Of a DNA stretch of 32,000 nucleotides, positions 16,903-27,166 are shown in pieces. Source of the DNA: Nitrosospira multiformis ATCC 25196 (GTDB taxonomy: Bacteria > Pseudomonadota > Gammaproteobacteria > Burkholderiales > Nitrosomonadaceae). The stretch is from positions 1,590,001 to 1,622,000 of the forward strand of contig NC_007614.1 of NCBI RefSeq assembly GCF_000196355.1, read 5' to 3'. Position numbers and translations under genes: made by a program. Positions within the stretch are counted from its first letter, which is position 1, and the number at the start of each line of letters is the position of its first letter. The notes under the pieces are model-generated. The model saw nothing but the letters and a program-made list of their open reading frames with translations. It was not told the origin of the DNA and made no database searches.

Positions 16903-19900
16903 CTACCTTCTGTGTTGCATCAGCCGTATCAGTCGCTGCATGGTTCCATCGACTGCCTTCGATTGTTGCGCGAGCGCGTTACTCACGCTGGCAACAGCTT
17001 TCTCCACCATGAAGAGCGTAACCAAAGCATCGGTTACTCCGGCATCAGCGGGGAACAGGGAATTTCCCTTCATCGCCCTGCGATAGCTTTTGAGGAAATC
17101 GCCGCTGGCAAGCACTCGCCATTTATCAGCTTGTTGTGCAAGCATAATGGTTGATTCCGGATATTCATCCGTGACATGCTCCAGTGCCGCTGCCGCCACC
17201 TCGGAAAACGAAAACAGCATACCTGCCACATCGCGGAGGGGACTCTGTTTCCAGCGGCGCTCACGCCATGCGCGTTCGGCACCGCCGCCGTAATTCGTAA
17301 TCAGAAAATCATTATTCGAGAGCCACACCTGACGCAGGCTGTAATCCCCATGACAACGCGCCTTCAAGGCCTGGGGATGTATGGCTGCAAGGCGGGTGAT
17401 ACGACGGTAGAATTTCGACCGGGCTGATAAAAGATCGTTGCCGGCCTCCTGCGCGGATTTGGGTACATCCGGCCATTTCGCTTCCAGCAATTTGTACATT
17501 TCATCCATCTGCGCACGCACGGTGCTCGCCCACTGCGCAAGATCTTCGGAGGTAATGGGCTCGACGCCGAAAGCTCCCTCTGCATCATCCTGCGCAAGTG
17601 CCCGGTGAAATTCCGCCGTACGCAATCCCAGCGTATTGATGAGGGTCATGTAGGCAATATGCCGCGAATCAATGGGACGCTTTTGTTGTGTGCGGCATTC
17701 ATCCAGGTAGCGTTGCAGATAGTCCTGTGTATAAGCCCAGGCGCTACCCTGATTCTCGGCGTAGTGCTCGAGGATTGCCAGAGTGGAATTGCCTTCCTCA
17801 CTGTCCGTGTACTCCACGGTGCCGGCGAGTTGCGCCATGTGGGTAAATTTTGCCGTCTCCGTCAGAAAACGCGACATCTCCAGCTCGGGATGCACGCCGG
17901 GAAGAAGCCAGCGGTATCCTTTCAGTACCAGCCGGTCGCCCATGTTCACGAACAATCGCCCTCTCTCCGAAACTGTCCGGGTCACCGTTGTTGACGCGCC
18001 TGAAACCACCGGGCCGGGAAAAGCGGTGGTCGCATGGAAAGATACTTGCCCCCGCTTAAACAGGAGTGCGGAACCCTCATGCATGCTGGAGATCACGGCG
18101 CGGCAGAAGCCGTCATCCCAGAAGGCGTCGAACAGCACGCCCGTCCGCTCCCGGCGGCGAACCTTGGCAAGCGTGGCATGCAGCAGCGTGCTCACAATCG
18201 CCTCATCCTCGTCCTCCCACACCAGTGCCAAAGGCACGGCAAAGCGATAAGTCTCATCATTGGCCAGCGTTAAAACAACGGTGGCAAGCAGCCAGCTTCC
18301 CTGCTCCGCGGACCACTCGTGCATCTCCCCCAGCTCAAATTTTCTGACGGGGAGATTTCGCATCAAAAACCAGGGTTGGGAATAAAAGAAGCGAGGCATG
18401 ATCTGCTCCTCGAGCTGTTGGCGGGCACGACGAGCCATCAGGTCTTTCATGCCCCCGTTACCCTCGCCCCGGTTCAACAGGGTGCCCCAACCCGAATCCA
18501 CAAGCACAAGGACAGGCAGATCCGGCGATACCTGCCGCTCCTCATGCCAGGCAGGGGCGGCCACATCGGCTGTCAGGCGAAAAGCATAAAAGCCATGAGC
18601 GCTCAAGGTAAGAAGATACGGCAGCTCACCCACGGGTGGGAAAGGCGTGCGCCCCATCAATTCAACCGGTACCCTTCCCCTGAATTGGCTTAAATCCAGC
18701 TCTACCGGCTGCGCGACGCGGGACAGATTAGCCACGCACAGAATCGTTTCATCCTCATGCTCACGCAGATAAGCAAGAATCTTGCGATTGCCAGGCCGTA
18801 AAAAACGCAGCGTGCCCCGGCCAAAGGTCCGGTGTGCCTTGCGCATCGCAATCAGGCGCTTCATCCAGTTGAGCAGGGATGACGAATTCCGTCTCTGTGA
18901 GTCCACGTTCACTGCCCCAAACCCATATACGGGGTCGATGATGGCCGGCAGGAAAAGCCGTTGAGAATCAGCCGTTGAAAATCCGCCGTTAACTGCACCC
19001 GACCACTGCATGGGCGTGCGCACCCCATTTCGATCACCGAGGAGAAGGTCATCACCCATACCGATTTCATCTCCGTAGTAGAGCACGGGCGACCCTGGCA
19101 TGGTCATGAGCAGCAGATTCATCAATTCGATTCGGTGCCGGTCATTGTCCATCAGCGGCGCCAGACGCCGGCGAATACCGAGATGCAGGCGGGCCTGAGG
19201 GTCGATTGCGTAGGTCTGGTGAAGATAATCCCGCTCGCGGTCGGTGACCATCTCCAATGTCAGTTCGTCGTGATTGCGCAGAAACACTGCCCACTGACAA
19301 TTCTCGGGGATGTCTGGTGTCTGCTCCATGATCTCTACAATGGGATGACGATCTTCGCGCGCAATAGCCATGTACATTCGCGGCATGAGTGGGAAATGGA
19401 AAGCCATATGGCATTCGTCGCCCTCGCCAAAATACTCGCGTACATCCTCCGGCCACTGGTTCGCCTCAGCCAGGAACATCCGGTTGCGGTAGTGTTTATC
19501 CAGTTCGGAGCGCATGCGTTTGATCACCGCATGAGTTTCCGGCAGGTTTTCGCAGTTGGTCCCCTCACGCTCGCACAGATAAGGCATGGCATCCAGCCGC
19601 ATGCCATCGACACCGGCGTCCAGCCAAAGCCGCATCACATGCATCATGGCGTTAAAGACATGGGGGTTATCAAAATTCAAGTCCGGTTGATGGAAAAAAA
19701 AGCGGTGCCAGTAATAGGCCTGGGCTACATCATCCCATTCCCAGTTGGATCCCTCTGTGTCCGTGAAAATACTGCGTGCACCGCTGTACTTGGTGTTGTC
19801 GTCGCTCCATACGTAATAGTCGCGCTTGACGGACCCAGGTGGGGCGCGGCGCGCTGCCTGAAACCATGGATGTTGATCGGAAGTATGATTGAGCACCAGT

Positions 19901-20205
19901 TCCGTGATTACGCGTAAACCTCGACTGTGAGCTTCCGCGATAAACCGGTGAAAGTCCTCCAGGGTGCCGACATCCGGGTGCACATTGTGATAATCGGAAA
20001 TATCGTAACCGTCATCCCGTCCCGGAGACGGATAAAATGGAAGAAGCCAGAGCGCGGTAACGCCCAGTTCCGCCAGATAGTCGAGCTTGGAAATCAGGCC
20101 CGAAAAGTCTCCTATGCCGTCGCCATTGCTGTCGAAGAATGTCTTGACGTGCAATTCATAGATAATGGCATCCTTGTACCAGAGCGGGTCTTCTTCTCGT
20201 CCCAT
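16903..20205 (-). CDS. treS: Maltose alpha-D-glucosyltransferase/trehalose synthase (TreS) fused to a maltokinase (Pep2/Mak)-like domain
   Basis: 1100 aa. TreS part: [93 protein letters not shown]. The C-terminal ~500 aa show maltokinase features ([51 protein letters not shown]). Confidence 0.93.
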   Translation of the reverse strand: MGREEDPLWYKDAIIYELHVKTFFDSNGDGIGDFSGLISKLDYLAELGVTALWLLPFYPSPGRDDGYDISDYHNVHPDVGTLEDFHRFIAEAHSRGLRVITELVLNHTSDQHPWFQAARRAPPGSVKRDYYVWSDDNTKYSGARSIFTDTEGSNWEWDDVAQAYYWHRFFFHQPDLNFDNPHVFNAMMHVMRLWLDAGVDGMRLDAMPYLCEREGTNCENLPETHAVIKRMRSELDKHYRNRMFLAEANQWPEDVREYFGEGDECHMAFHFPLMPRMYMAIAREDRHPIVEIMEQTPDIPENCQWAVFLRNHDELTLEMVTDRERDYLHQTYAIDPQARLHLGIRRRLAPLMDNDRHRIELMNLLLMTMPGSPVLYYGDEIGMGDDLLLGDRNGVRTPMQWSGAVNGGFSTADSQRLFLPAIIDPVYGFGAVNVDSQRRNSSSLLNWMKRLIAMRKAHRTFGRGTLRFLRPGNRKILAYLREHEDETILCVANLSRVAQPVELDLSQFRGRVPVELMGRTPFPPVGELPYLLTLSAHGFYAFRLTADVAAPAWHEERQVSPDLPVLVLVDSGWGTLLNRGEGNGGMKDLMARRARQQLEEQIMPRFFYSQPWFLMRNLPVRKFELGEMHEWSAEQGSWLLATVVLTLANDETYRFAVPLALVWEDEDEAIVSTLLHATLAKVRRRERTGVLFDAFWDDGFCRAVISSMHEGSALLFKRGQVSFHATTAFPGPVVSGASTTVTRTVSERGRLFVNMGDRLVLKGYRWLLPGVHPELEMSRFLTETAKFTHMAQLAGTVEYTDSEEGNSTLAILEHYAENQGSAWAYTQDYLQRYLDECRTQQKRPIDSRHIAYMTLINTLGLRTAEFHRALAQDDAEGAFGVEPITSEDLAQWASTVRAQMDEMYKLLEAKWPDVPKSAQEAGNDLLSARSKFYRRITRLAAIHPQALKARCHGDYSLRQVWLSNNDFLITNYGGGAERAWRERRWKQSPLRDVAGMLFSFSEVAAAALEHVTDEYPESTIMLAQQADKWRVLASGDFLKSYRRAMKGNSLFPADAGVTDALVTLFMVEKAVASVSNALAQQSKAVDGTMQRLIRLMQHRR

Positions 20206-20206
20206 G

Positions 20207-20593
20207 CTATTTCGACCAGGCTTTCTGTTTCAGATGAACAGAAGCTCTTCTGGCAGCCTCCGCGGCTCTTGTAAAGTTCCCTTTTTTCGCTTCCCCGATC
20301 GCCTTATCCATTTCTTCGAATGTCTCCATATCATGTTCCGCTTTCGGAAACTGTCCATATATCGATATGAACGGCTGGGTATAAGGATGTTCGTGGTTTT
20401 CCTCGATCAGGTGCTTCTTCGCTTTTTCAGTATGTGCGATAACGCCTCCTGCGTCCTCATTTTCAGCATTTCTGACTGCCAGCCCCAATTCCTGAAGCGC
20501 CTTGTCCTCATGTTCATCTGTAGCATAATCCATCGTAGAACATCCTGCGAGAAAAGCAAAAGCGATGAAGCTGCACGAGAATGGCTTTTTCAT
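20207..20593 (-). CDS. Small lipoprotein, possibly SmbP-like (small metal-binding protein) helical protein
   Basis: [21 protein letters not shown] lipobox. Helical [16 protein letters not shown] and ...[30 protein letters not shown] segments. Stop codon is 1 nt upstream of the treS ATG (TAGcATG). Confidence 0.6.
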   Translation of the reverse strand: MKKPFSCSFIAFAFLAGCSTMDYATDEHEDKALQELGLAVRNAENEDAGGVIAHTEKAKKHLIEENHEHPYTQPFISIYGQFPKAEHDMETFEEMDKAIGEAKKGNFTRAAEAARRASVHLKQKAWSK

Positions 20594-20965
20594 GACATCT
20601 CTCCTGGTGAACGAATCCTGGAGGCTTGCCCCTTGTCGGACTCATTGTAAGGGGCGTAACCGAGGTCCGTACAGTAGGGCTTTAAAACTTCTGCGCGGGC
20701 TCATTTCAGAGTTATACGGTTCACAGGGTGATGCAGAAATCTGAATGCCGGATATAAAACACCTCCGTCAACGCTGGGACATATTGATACTGCCCCCTGC
20801 CCTCCATCTTCAATGCGTTTATTTCATTTCCCCCATCATCTATCCGGGAATCCGGGAGCCTTTGCCACATCCGGGTTTGCCTCCACACCCTGCTTATAGC
20901 TTAGCGGTTAGCAATCTTGGCAATTACCCTGGAGTCCGCGCTACCCATAATAATAGGGAGGTGTT

Positions 20966-23900
20966 TCATATTCTTCGAGTTCCCTTTTGTGTTCTTGCAC
21001 GCATAAGCGCTTGCCTTTTGCTGTCGCCTCGTACAGTGACTCCCTTGACCAGACCAAAGACGGCCGGAAATACAATCAGCGTCAGTACTGTAGTGGAAAC
21101 CATTCCTCCCACCATGGGGGTGGCTATGTGCCGTGTCAACTCAGAGCCCGTGCCTGTACTGAACATGACGGGAAGCAATCCAACGACGCTTCCCGAGATG
21201 GTCATCATCACCGGACGTATCCGGTATACCGCACCCTGGATCACTGCCTCGTAAAGATCTTCAACGGTCACTTTTTCGCCTGCGGCTTGCCGCATCGCCG
21301 TGATACTCGCCAACGCCCGATCGAGGAAAGTGAGCATGACCATTCCTGTTTCAGTCGCGATACCGATGAGCCCGATAAAGCCAACCGCCGCTGCGATGCT
21401 CATGTTGTAGTTGAGCAGATACATGAGCCAGATGCCGCCGACCAAGGAAAAAGGGACCGAAAGCATGACGATCAGGGTCTCGGTGAGTCGATGAAAGTTT
21501 AGATATACAAGCAGGAATACGATCAGAGCGGTGAGCGGCACGACTACCTTCAGTTTTTCGGCAGCACGTTCCATGTATTCGAACTGACCACTCCAGGTTG
21601 CGTAATACCCCGGCGGAAACCGCACCTGCTCACGTACCGCTTGCTGGGCTTCCGCAACATAGCCGCCGATGTCGCGCTCGCGGATATCGACGAAGATGTA
21701 AGCCGACAGTAGCGCGTTCTCCGTGCGGATACTCGGCGGGCCTTGAAGGAGTTTCACCTGCGCAAGTTGCCCGAGCGGGATCATGCCCTGATCCATGGTA
21801 GGTATCAACACCTGGGTAGCGATTGCCTGGGGATCACTGCGCAATGCACGTGGATAGCGCACAGTGACAGTGAAGCGTTCCCGCCCTTCCACAGTGGTGG
21901 TTACCGTTTCGCCGGCCAGTGCCACCGAGATTACATCCAGCAAATCACCTACGGCAAGTCCATAGCGGGCAAGCGCCATACGGTCCGGCTGGATGTCGAG
22001 GTAATAACCGCCGGTAATGCGTTCCGCATAGACACTCGTCGTTCCAGGCACTGTTTTTACCGCCCTCTCGATCTGTCTGGCAAGGATTTCGATTTCCTCC
22101 AGATCCGAACCGAACACTTTGACGCCAATGGGCGTGCGTATGCCTGTGGCAAGCATATCGGTCCGGTTCTTGATCGGCATGGTCCAGGCATTGCTCACTC
22201 CTGGCATCTGGAGCGCCCGGTCCATTTCAGCGATCAACTTATCCATGCTCATCCCGGGGCGCCATTCAGCCTCCGGTTTCAGGTTGATGATGGTTTCACC
22301 CATCTCCAGAGGCGCCGGGTCGGTAGCAGTATTGGCCCGCCCCGCTTTCCCGAGCACTGATGCCACCTCCGGAAAGCTTTTGATGATCTTGTCCTGCGTC
22401 TGCAATATCTCGGCCGCCTTCGTCACGGAAATGCCTGGCAGGGTCACCGGCATGAAAAGCAAAGTGCCCTCATTCAGGGTGGGCATGAACTCCGTGCCGA
22501 GCTTGAGTGCCGGATAGACAGTTACTCCAAGTACTGCAAGTGCCGCCAGAATGATCGCCTTTTTCCAGTGCATTACCCAATCCATCACCCGACGATAGGT
22601 CCAGATCATGATACGGCCCAACGGATTATCCTGCTCATGCGGGATGCGGCCACGAACCAGGAGCAGGATCAGGGCCGGAACGAGGGTGATGGAAAGTATC
22701 GCGGCGCCCGCCATGGCGAAAGTCTTGGTATAGGCGAGTGGCTGGAACATGCGCCCTTCCTGCGCTTCGAGGGCAAATACAGGCAGGAACGATACCGTGA
22801 TGATCAACAGGCTGAAGAACAACGATGGGCCAACTTCCTTACAAGCATCAATGACGGCCTCTTTGCGTACTGTACTTGAAACTTCCGAGCCAGCGCGCGC
22901 AAGATGCTTGTGTGCATTCTCGATCATGACGATCGCTGCATCGGTCATTTCAGCAATCGCGAGAGCGATCCCTGCAAGGCTCATGATGTTGGAATTGATG
23001 CCAAGGAACCGCATTGCGATGAAAGCGATGAGTACGCCGATGGGGAGCATGATGATCGCCACCAGGGCGCTCCGCACGTGCATGAGGAAGACCGCGCAAA
23101 CCAGCGCTACAATAATGATCTGCTCGGTCAACACCTCACGCAGCGTCGTGATGGCGCGCTGGATCAGATCCGAGCGGTCGTAGAGGGACCGGATTGAAAC
23201 ACCTTCCGGCAAGGCCGGCATGATCTCGGCGATTTTCTTTTCGAGATTGCGTGTGATATCGAGAGCATGTTCGCCATGCCGCGCCACTGCAATACCCGAG
23301 ACAGCTTCTCCTTCGCCGTCAAGCTCGATGATCCCGCGGCGCTCTTCCGGAACCAATTCCACCCGCGCGATATCACGCAGCAGAACGGGAGTACCCTTCT
23401 CAGCCTTGACGACCAGTTTCTCCAAATCCTCGACGTCACGTAGATACCCCCTGCCCCGTACCATGTATTCGGTTTCCGTCATCTCGATCACGCGCCCGCC
23501 GACGTCGCGATTGCTGGCAGCGATAACCTCGGATACCCTTCTGAGCGGTATACCATACGCTTGCAATTGCCGCGGATTTACCGTTACCTGATAGCTCCGT
23601 ACAAATCCGCCGATGCTGGCTACTTCCGCCACGCCTTCCGCTGCTGTCAACTGATAACGCAAGAACCAGTCCTGGATTGCGCGCAACTCGTCCAGTGCAC
23701 GATCCCGCGCGGTTACGACATATTGGTAGACCCAGCCTACCCCGGTTGCATCCGGACCAAGGGAAGGCTGCACATTTTGTGGCAGGCGGCCTGCCGCGAA
23801 GTTAAGATATTCCAATATGCGCGAGCGTGCCCAATAGATGTCTGTGCCATCCTCGAAGATGACGTATACGAACGACACGCCAAAACTGGAGAAACCACGC

Positions 23901-24145
23901 ACTACCCTGGATTTCGGCACACTCAGCATGGCAGTGGTGAGCGGGTAGGTAACCTGGTCTTCGACGACCTGGGGGGCCTGGCCCGGATATTCCGTATAAA
24001 TGATGACCTGCACGTCCGAAAGATCCGGAATCGCATCCACTGGGGTCTTCCATACTGAATATAAGCCCCAGACTATTACGAAGAATGTCCCGACCAGCAC
24101 CAGGAAGAGGTGCCGTACCGACCATTCGATGATATTGCCGGCCAT
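20966..24145 (-). CDS. cusA: Heavy-metal RND efflux pump inner-membrane transporter, CusA type (Cu/Ag)
   Basis: MAGNIIEWSVRHLFLVLVGTFFVIVWGLYSVWKTPVDAIPDLSDVQVIIYTEYPGQAPQVVEDQVTYPL...KAGRANTATDPAPLEMGETIINLKPEAEWRPGMSMDKLIAEMD...NRTDMLATGIRTPIGVKVFG. Strongly CusA-like. Start set at MAGNII within ORF 20966..24199. Confidence 0.93.
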   Translation of the reverse strand: MAGNIIEWSVRHLFLVLVGTFFVIVWGLYSVWKTPVDAIPDLSDVQVIIYTEYPGQAPQVVEDQVTYPLTTAMLSVPKSRVVRGFSSFGVSFVYVIFEDGTDIYWARSRILEYLNFAAGRLPQNVQPSLGPDATGVGWVYQYVVTARDRALDELRAIQDWFLRYQLTAAEGVAEVASIGGFVRSYQVTVNPRQLQAYGIPLRRVSEVIAASNRDVGGRVIEMTETEYMVRGRGYLRDVEDLEKLVVKAEKGTPVLLRDIARVELVPEERRGIIELDGEGEAVSGIAVARHGEHALDITRNLEKKIAEIMPALPEGVSIRSLYDRSDLIQRAITTLREVLTEQIIIVALVCAVFLMHVRSALVAIIMLPIGVLIAFIAMRFLGINSNIMSLAGIALAIAEMTDAAIVMIENAHKHLARAGSEVSSTVRKEAVIDACKEVGPSLFFSLLIITVSFLPVFALEAQEGRMFQPLAYTKTFAMAGAAILSITLVPALILLLVRGRIPHEQDNPLGRIMIWTYRRVMDWVMHWKKAIILAALAVLGVTVYPALKLGTEFMPTLNEGTLLFMPVTLPGISVTKAAEILQTQDKIIKSFPEVASVLGKAGRANTATDPAPLEMGETIINLKPEAEWRPGMSMDKLIAEMDRALQMPGVSNAWTMPIKNRTDMLATGIRTPIGVKVFGSDLEEIEILARQIERAVKTVPGTTSVYAERITGGYYLDIQPDRMALARYGLAVGDLLDVISVALAGETVTTTVEGRERFTVTVRYPRALRSDPQAIATQVLIPTMDQGMIPLGQLAQVKLLQGPPSIRTENALLSAYIFVDIRERDIGGYVAEAQQAVREQVRFPPGYYATWSGQFEYMERAAEKLKVVVPLTALIVFLLVYLNFHRLTETLIVMLSVPFSLVGGIWLMYLLNYNMSIAAAVGFIGLIGIATETGMVMLTFLDRALASITAMRQAAGEKVTVEDLYEAVIQGAVYRIRPVMMTISGSVVGLLPVMFSTGTGSELTRHIATPMVGGMVSTTVLTLIVFPAVFGLVKGVTVRGDSKRQALMRARTQKGTRRI

Positions 24146-24146
24146 C

Positions 24147-25769
24147 TCAGGGCTTCTTTCCGTGATCGGCAGCGCTGGCCTGGGGCTGTATACGCACAAT
24201 AACGTATTCGCCCGGCGATGCTTCCGTTATCTCGAAAGCAACCTTCTGGCCGGGTTTCAACATCCGTAGTAACGCTGGGTCCAGAACCTTGAAGTCCATC
24301 AACATCTCCGGCCAGGCGAGGCTTGCGATCGGGCGGTGGGCAAGAGTCAGGGTTGTATTGGCCACATCGATCGCTTCGATGATGCCTTCCCCGCGATGGC
24401 TCGATGAAGATGGGGACGGGGATGAAGGTACAGTTCCGGATGAGCCAGAGGCGGTCCGGCCTCCCTCCCTCTCTTCACCAGGCATCGAGGCTTGGCTGCT
24501 GCGGGTAAAACTGCTCAGTGCAGCCTTGAGGTTGCTTTCGGCATCTATGAGAAAATTGGCTTTCACCACAATCATTTCCCCAGTCTTCAGTCCCCCCAGA
24601 ACTTCCACATAGTCGTCCGCGTGCTTGCCCAGCTTCACGAGTCTCGGTTCAAAGCGGCCTTCGCCGAGATCCACCAGCACAGACTGCCTGGTACCGGCAT
24701 CGAGTACGGCCGATTCGGGGACGGCGAGCACTCTGTCCTTACGTTGGATTGAACCAAACTCCACTTTCGCGTACATCGCCGGTTTCAGCAACTCCTGTGG
24801 ATTGGGCAGCTCCATGCGAACCTTGGCTGTGCGGGTTTCCGGATTGACCGTGGGGTATATGAACGTCACCTCGCCTGGGAACACCTTGTCCGGATAGGCC
24901 TCAACCCGAATGGCGGCAGCCTGCCCCGGTTGTATCGTGGCAAGATCCTGCTCAAACACGTCTGCGAGCACCCATACTCTGGAGAGATCCGCAATCTGAT
25001 ACAAAATCTCTCCCGCCATGAAGCGCTGTCCCTGAATCGCCCGTTTCTCCAAAACCACGCCGCTTGCCGGAGAACGAAATATGACGGAATGTGTAAACTT
25101 GCCTTCCTGCTGGAGTGTCTTCAGATCGGCCGCGGATATGTCCCAATTGCGCAGTCTCTGCAAGGCACTCTCAGCTAGTCGTTCCATCCCCGCCCGAACC
25201 TCAAGGCCGCCATCCTCCACGTCCTTTGTTCCTCTCCGGGCGATAAGATATTCATGCTGGGCTGTGATCAGGTCGGGACTATACACGTCCATCAATGGAT
25301 CACCCTTTCTGACCATCTGTCCCGTCGTGTTGACGTGGAGCCGCTCGATCCATCCCTCGAACCTGGGGGCCACGACGTAGAGCCGTCGTTCATCCGCCTG
25401 CACTGTCGCTACCGCCCTTACGGTGCGGCTGAGTTCGCGCATGCCGACCCGCTCGGTTCTTACTCCCAGTTTTTGTATCCTCTCGACGCCGATCTTGACT
25501 GCCGCATCGGCGGAAGTGGATTCCTCGTCCTCGTAAACAGGTATGTAGTCCATGCCCATGGGATCTTTTTTAGGTATCGGCGAAGTGTCCGGCAGCCCCA
25601 TGGGGTTGCGATAATAGAGAATCCTCCTTTCAGGCTTACCGCCGACTGAAACCACACTCGAGGCCTTGGCGGCAGAAGTCGAAGGCCGGATTGCGCCCCA
25701 CCAATAGCCGGCGACAAACAAGATTGCAGCCAGGGCAACAAAAGCTGTTAATTTGACACCAAGCTTCAC
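24147..25769 (-). CDS. cusB: Cu/Ag RND efflux periplasmic adaptor CusB with C-terminal CusF-like domain
   Basis: 540 aa. N-terminal RILYYRNPMGLPDTSPIPKKDPMGMDYIPVYEDE, adaptor core with AVATVQADERRLYVVAPRFEGWIERLHVNTTG. C-terminal CusF-like GIIEAIDVANTTLTLAHRPIASLAWPEMLMDFKVLDPALLRMLKPGQKVAFEI. Confidence 0.92.
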   Translation of the reverse strand: MKLGVKLTAFVALAAILFVAGYWWGAIRPSTSAAKASSVVSVGGKPERRILYYRNPMGLPDTSPIPKKDPMGMDYIPVYEDEESTSADAAVKIGVERIQKLGVRTERVGMRELSRTVRAVATVQADERRLYVVAPRFEGWIERLHVNTTGQMVRKGDPLMDVYSPDLITAQHEYLIARRGTKDVEDGGLEVRAGMERLAESALQRLRNWDISAADLKTLQQEGKFTHSVIFRSPASGVVLEKRAIQGQRFMAGEILYQIADLSRVWVLADVFEQDLATIQPGQAAAIRVEAYPDKVFPGEVTFIYPTVNPETRTAKVRMELPNPQELLKPAMYAKVEFGSIQRKDRVLAVPESAVLDAGTRQSVLVDLGEGRFEPRLVKLGKHADDYVEVLGGLKTGEMIVVKANFLIDAESNLKAALSSFTRSSQASMPGEEREGGRTASGSSGTVPSSPSPSSSSHRGEGIIEAIDVANTTLTLAHRPIASLAWPEMLMDFKVLDPALLRMLKPGQKVAFEITEASPGEYVIVRIQPQASAADHGKKP

Positions 25770-27166
25770 AGGTGCTCCTTTGACATCAGCTCCCGGGGAA
25801 TAGGTAATAAGTTGTCTGGCGATTTACCAGTGAGCAGATCGATCTCCGCAAGCGCCTTGTTGTAACTTGCTATGGTCGTCGCCAGGCTGATTTCGGAGTT
25901 GAATACCGTCATCTGACTGTCGAGCAGTGTCATGAAATCGACCCGATTAACCCGATAAGCCGCCAGGGTGGATTCGACCGTAAGCCGTGCCTGGGGCAGA
26001 ATGGCTGTCTGGTAGAGCCGCGCAGATTTCAGGGTTTGCTCGGCTAATGCTGCCTGCTGGCGCAGTCTTGCCGCCACCTCATTGCGTTGCGCTTCATAAG
26101 TGCTCCGCGCCTGATCACGCATCGCCAGTGACTCCGCTTCGCGTGGCTCGAGTTTGCCGGCACGCCACAAGGGAAGGTTCATTGCCACCGTTAGGCTTAC
26201 CATGTCCGGGCGCCGGCTGTTGTCCAGCATGTTGTCGCGTTGACCGTAAGACATACGCACGTCGAAGTCGGGATAATAATTTTTGCGCGTGAGTTCCAGC
26301 GATTTATCGTTGCGGGCAACAAGGCTTTGCAGCGCCCGCAACTGGGGGCGTTGGGTCAGGGCAGCCTCGAGCAACAGTTCCAGGCTCAGGATTTCCTCAT
26401 GCAATTGCGGCGGTGGGGGTACTGGCAACAGCTTATTCCCGGTTCGGCCAAGGGCGCGTGTCAGCTCAGCTTCGATTACCGGTCTTTCTCTTGCAAGCTT
26501 CAGCAGCTCATTCGCCATTCCGGATACCTGCGTCTGGGCCTTTAGCACATCGGCCTGGTTTCCTCGTCCTACCGCATAGTGATCTTCAGCAATATGGAGA
26601 AGCTCTTCCAGGATGAGCTTGTTTTTTTCGACCAGGCGGGTCATTTCAAGGGTGAGGCCCAGATCGAGATACGAGATCTTGATATCACGTACAACACGGT
26701 TGATGGTCTCCTGATAACCATATTCAATGGCCTCTGCATCCCTGGTGGCGATATCTTTACGCAAACCGCGTTTCCCTGGAAAAGGGAAACGCTGGGACAG
26801 ACCAATCATTTTCATGGTCATGTCCTCACGGTTAAAAGTGGAAGATGCCAGCGGGGCATTGATCACCCCTGCTTCCAGAACAGGATCCTCCAGTGCTTCC
26901 GCAGGCGATATTCTCTGGTGGGCAGCCTCTCGTTCCCGCAATGCAGCCTGGATTTCCGGATTGTTCTCCAGAGCTTCTGCAATCAGGGTGGCCAGGATAG
27001 CCAGGGAAGCTGAGTTTTGGGGATGGCTCGTCGCAAAATTTTCCGCAGATTGTTCTGGAGCAGCCTGTGGAAACGTTCCTCTACCTGCCGGAGGCAAAAC
27101 TTCCGCACAGGCCAGTGTAGAAAGTATGACGGCGGCAAGTACCGGGGTGATTCCAATGGGAATCAT
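25766..27166 (-). CDS. cusC: TolC-family outer-membrane factor, CusC-like
   Basis: 466 aa, overlaps the cusB start by 4 nt. EALENNPEIQAALREREAAHQRISPAEALEDPVLEAGVIN, GLSQRFPFPGKRGLRK, long coiled-coil with TLKSARLYQTAILPQARLTVESTLAAYRVNRVDFMTLLDSQ. Confidence 0.9.
   Translation of the reverse strand: MIPIGITPVLAAVILSTLACAEVLPPAGRGTFPQAAPEQSAENFATSHPQNSASLAILATLIAEALENNPEIQAALREREAAHQRISPAEALEDPVLEAGVINAPLASSTFNREDMTMKMIGLSQRFPFPGKRGLRKDIATRDAEAIEYGYQETINRVVRDIKISYLDLGLTLEMTRLVEKNKLILEELLHIAEDHYAVGRGNQADVLKAQTQVSGMANELLKLARERPVIEAELTRALGRTGNKLLPVPPPPQLHEEILSLELLLEAALTQRPQLRALQSLVARNDKSLELTRKNYYPDFDVRMSYGQRDNMLDNSRRPDMVSLTVAMNLPLWRAGKLEPREAESLAMRDQARSTYEAQRNEVAARLRQQAALAEQTLKSARLYQTAILPQARLTVESTLAAYRVNRVDFMTLLDSQMTVFNSEISLATTIASYNKALAEIDLLTGKSPDNLLPIPRELMSKEHL

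Noticed and set aside
20820-20965. Stretch CTTATAGCTTAGCGGTTAGC... examined as a possible tRNA or tRNA fragment near cusA
   Set aside because: No TTCRANY arm, anticodon stem or CCA end could be assembled around it.
22119-24058. Several plus-strand ORFs of 95-205 aa inside cusA (e.g. 21743..22360, 22904..23197, 23561..24058)
   Set aside because: They lie antisense to a strongly supported CDS and have arginine/serine/histidine-rich low-information translations. Typical shadow ORFs of GC-rich coding DNA.
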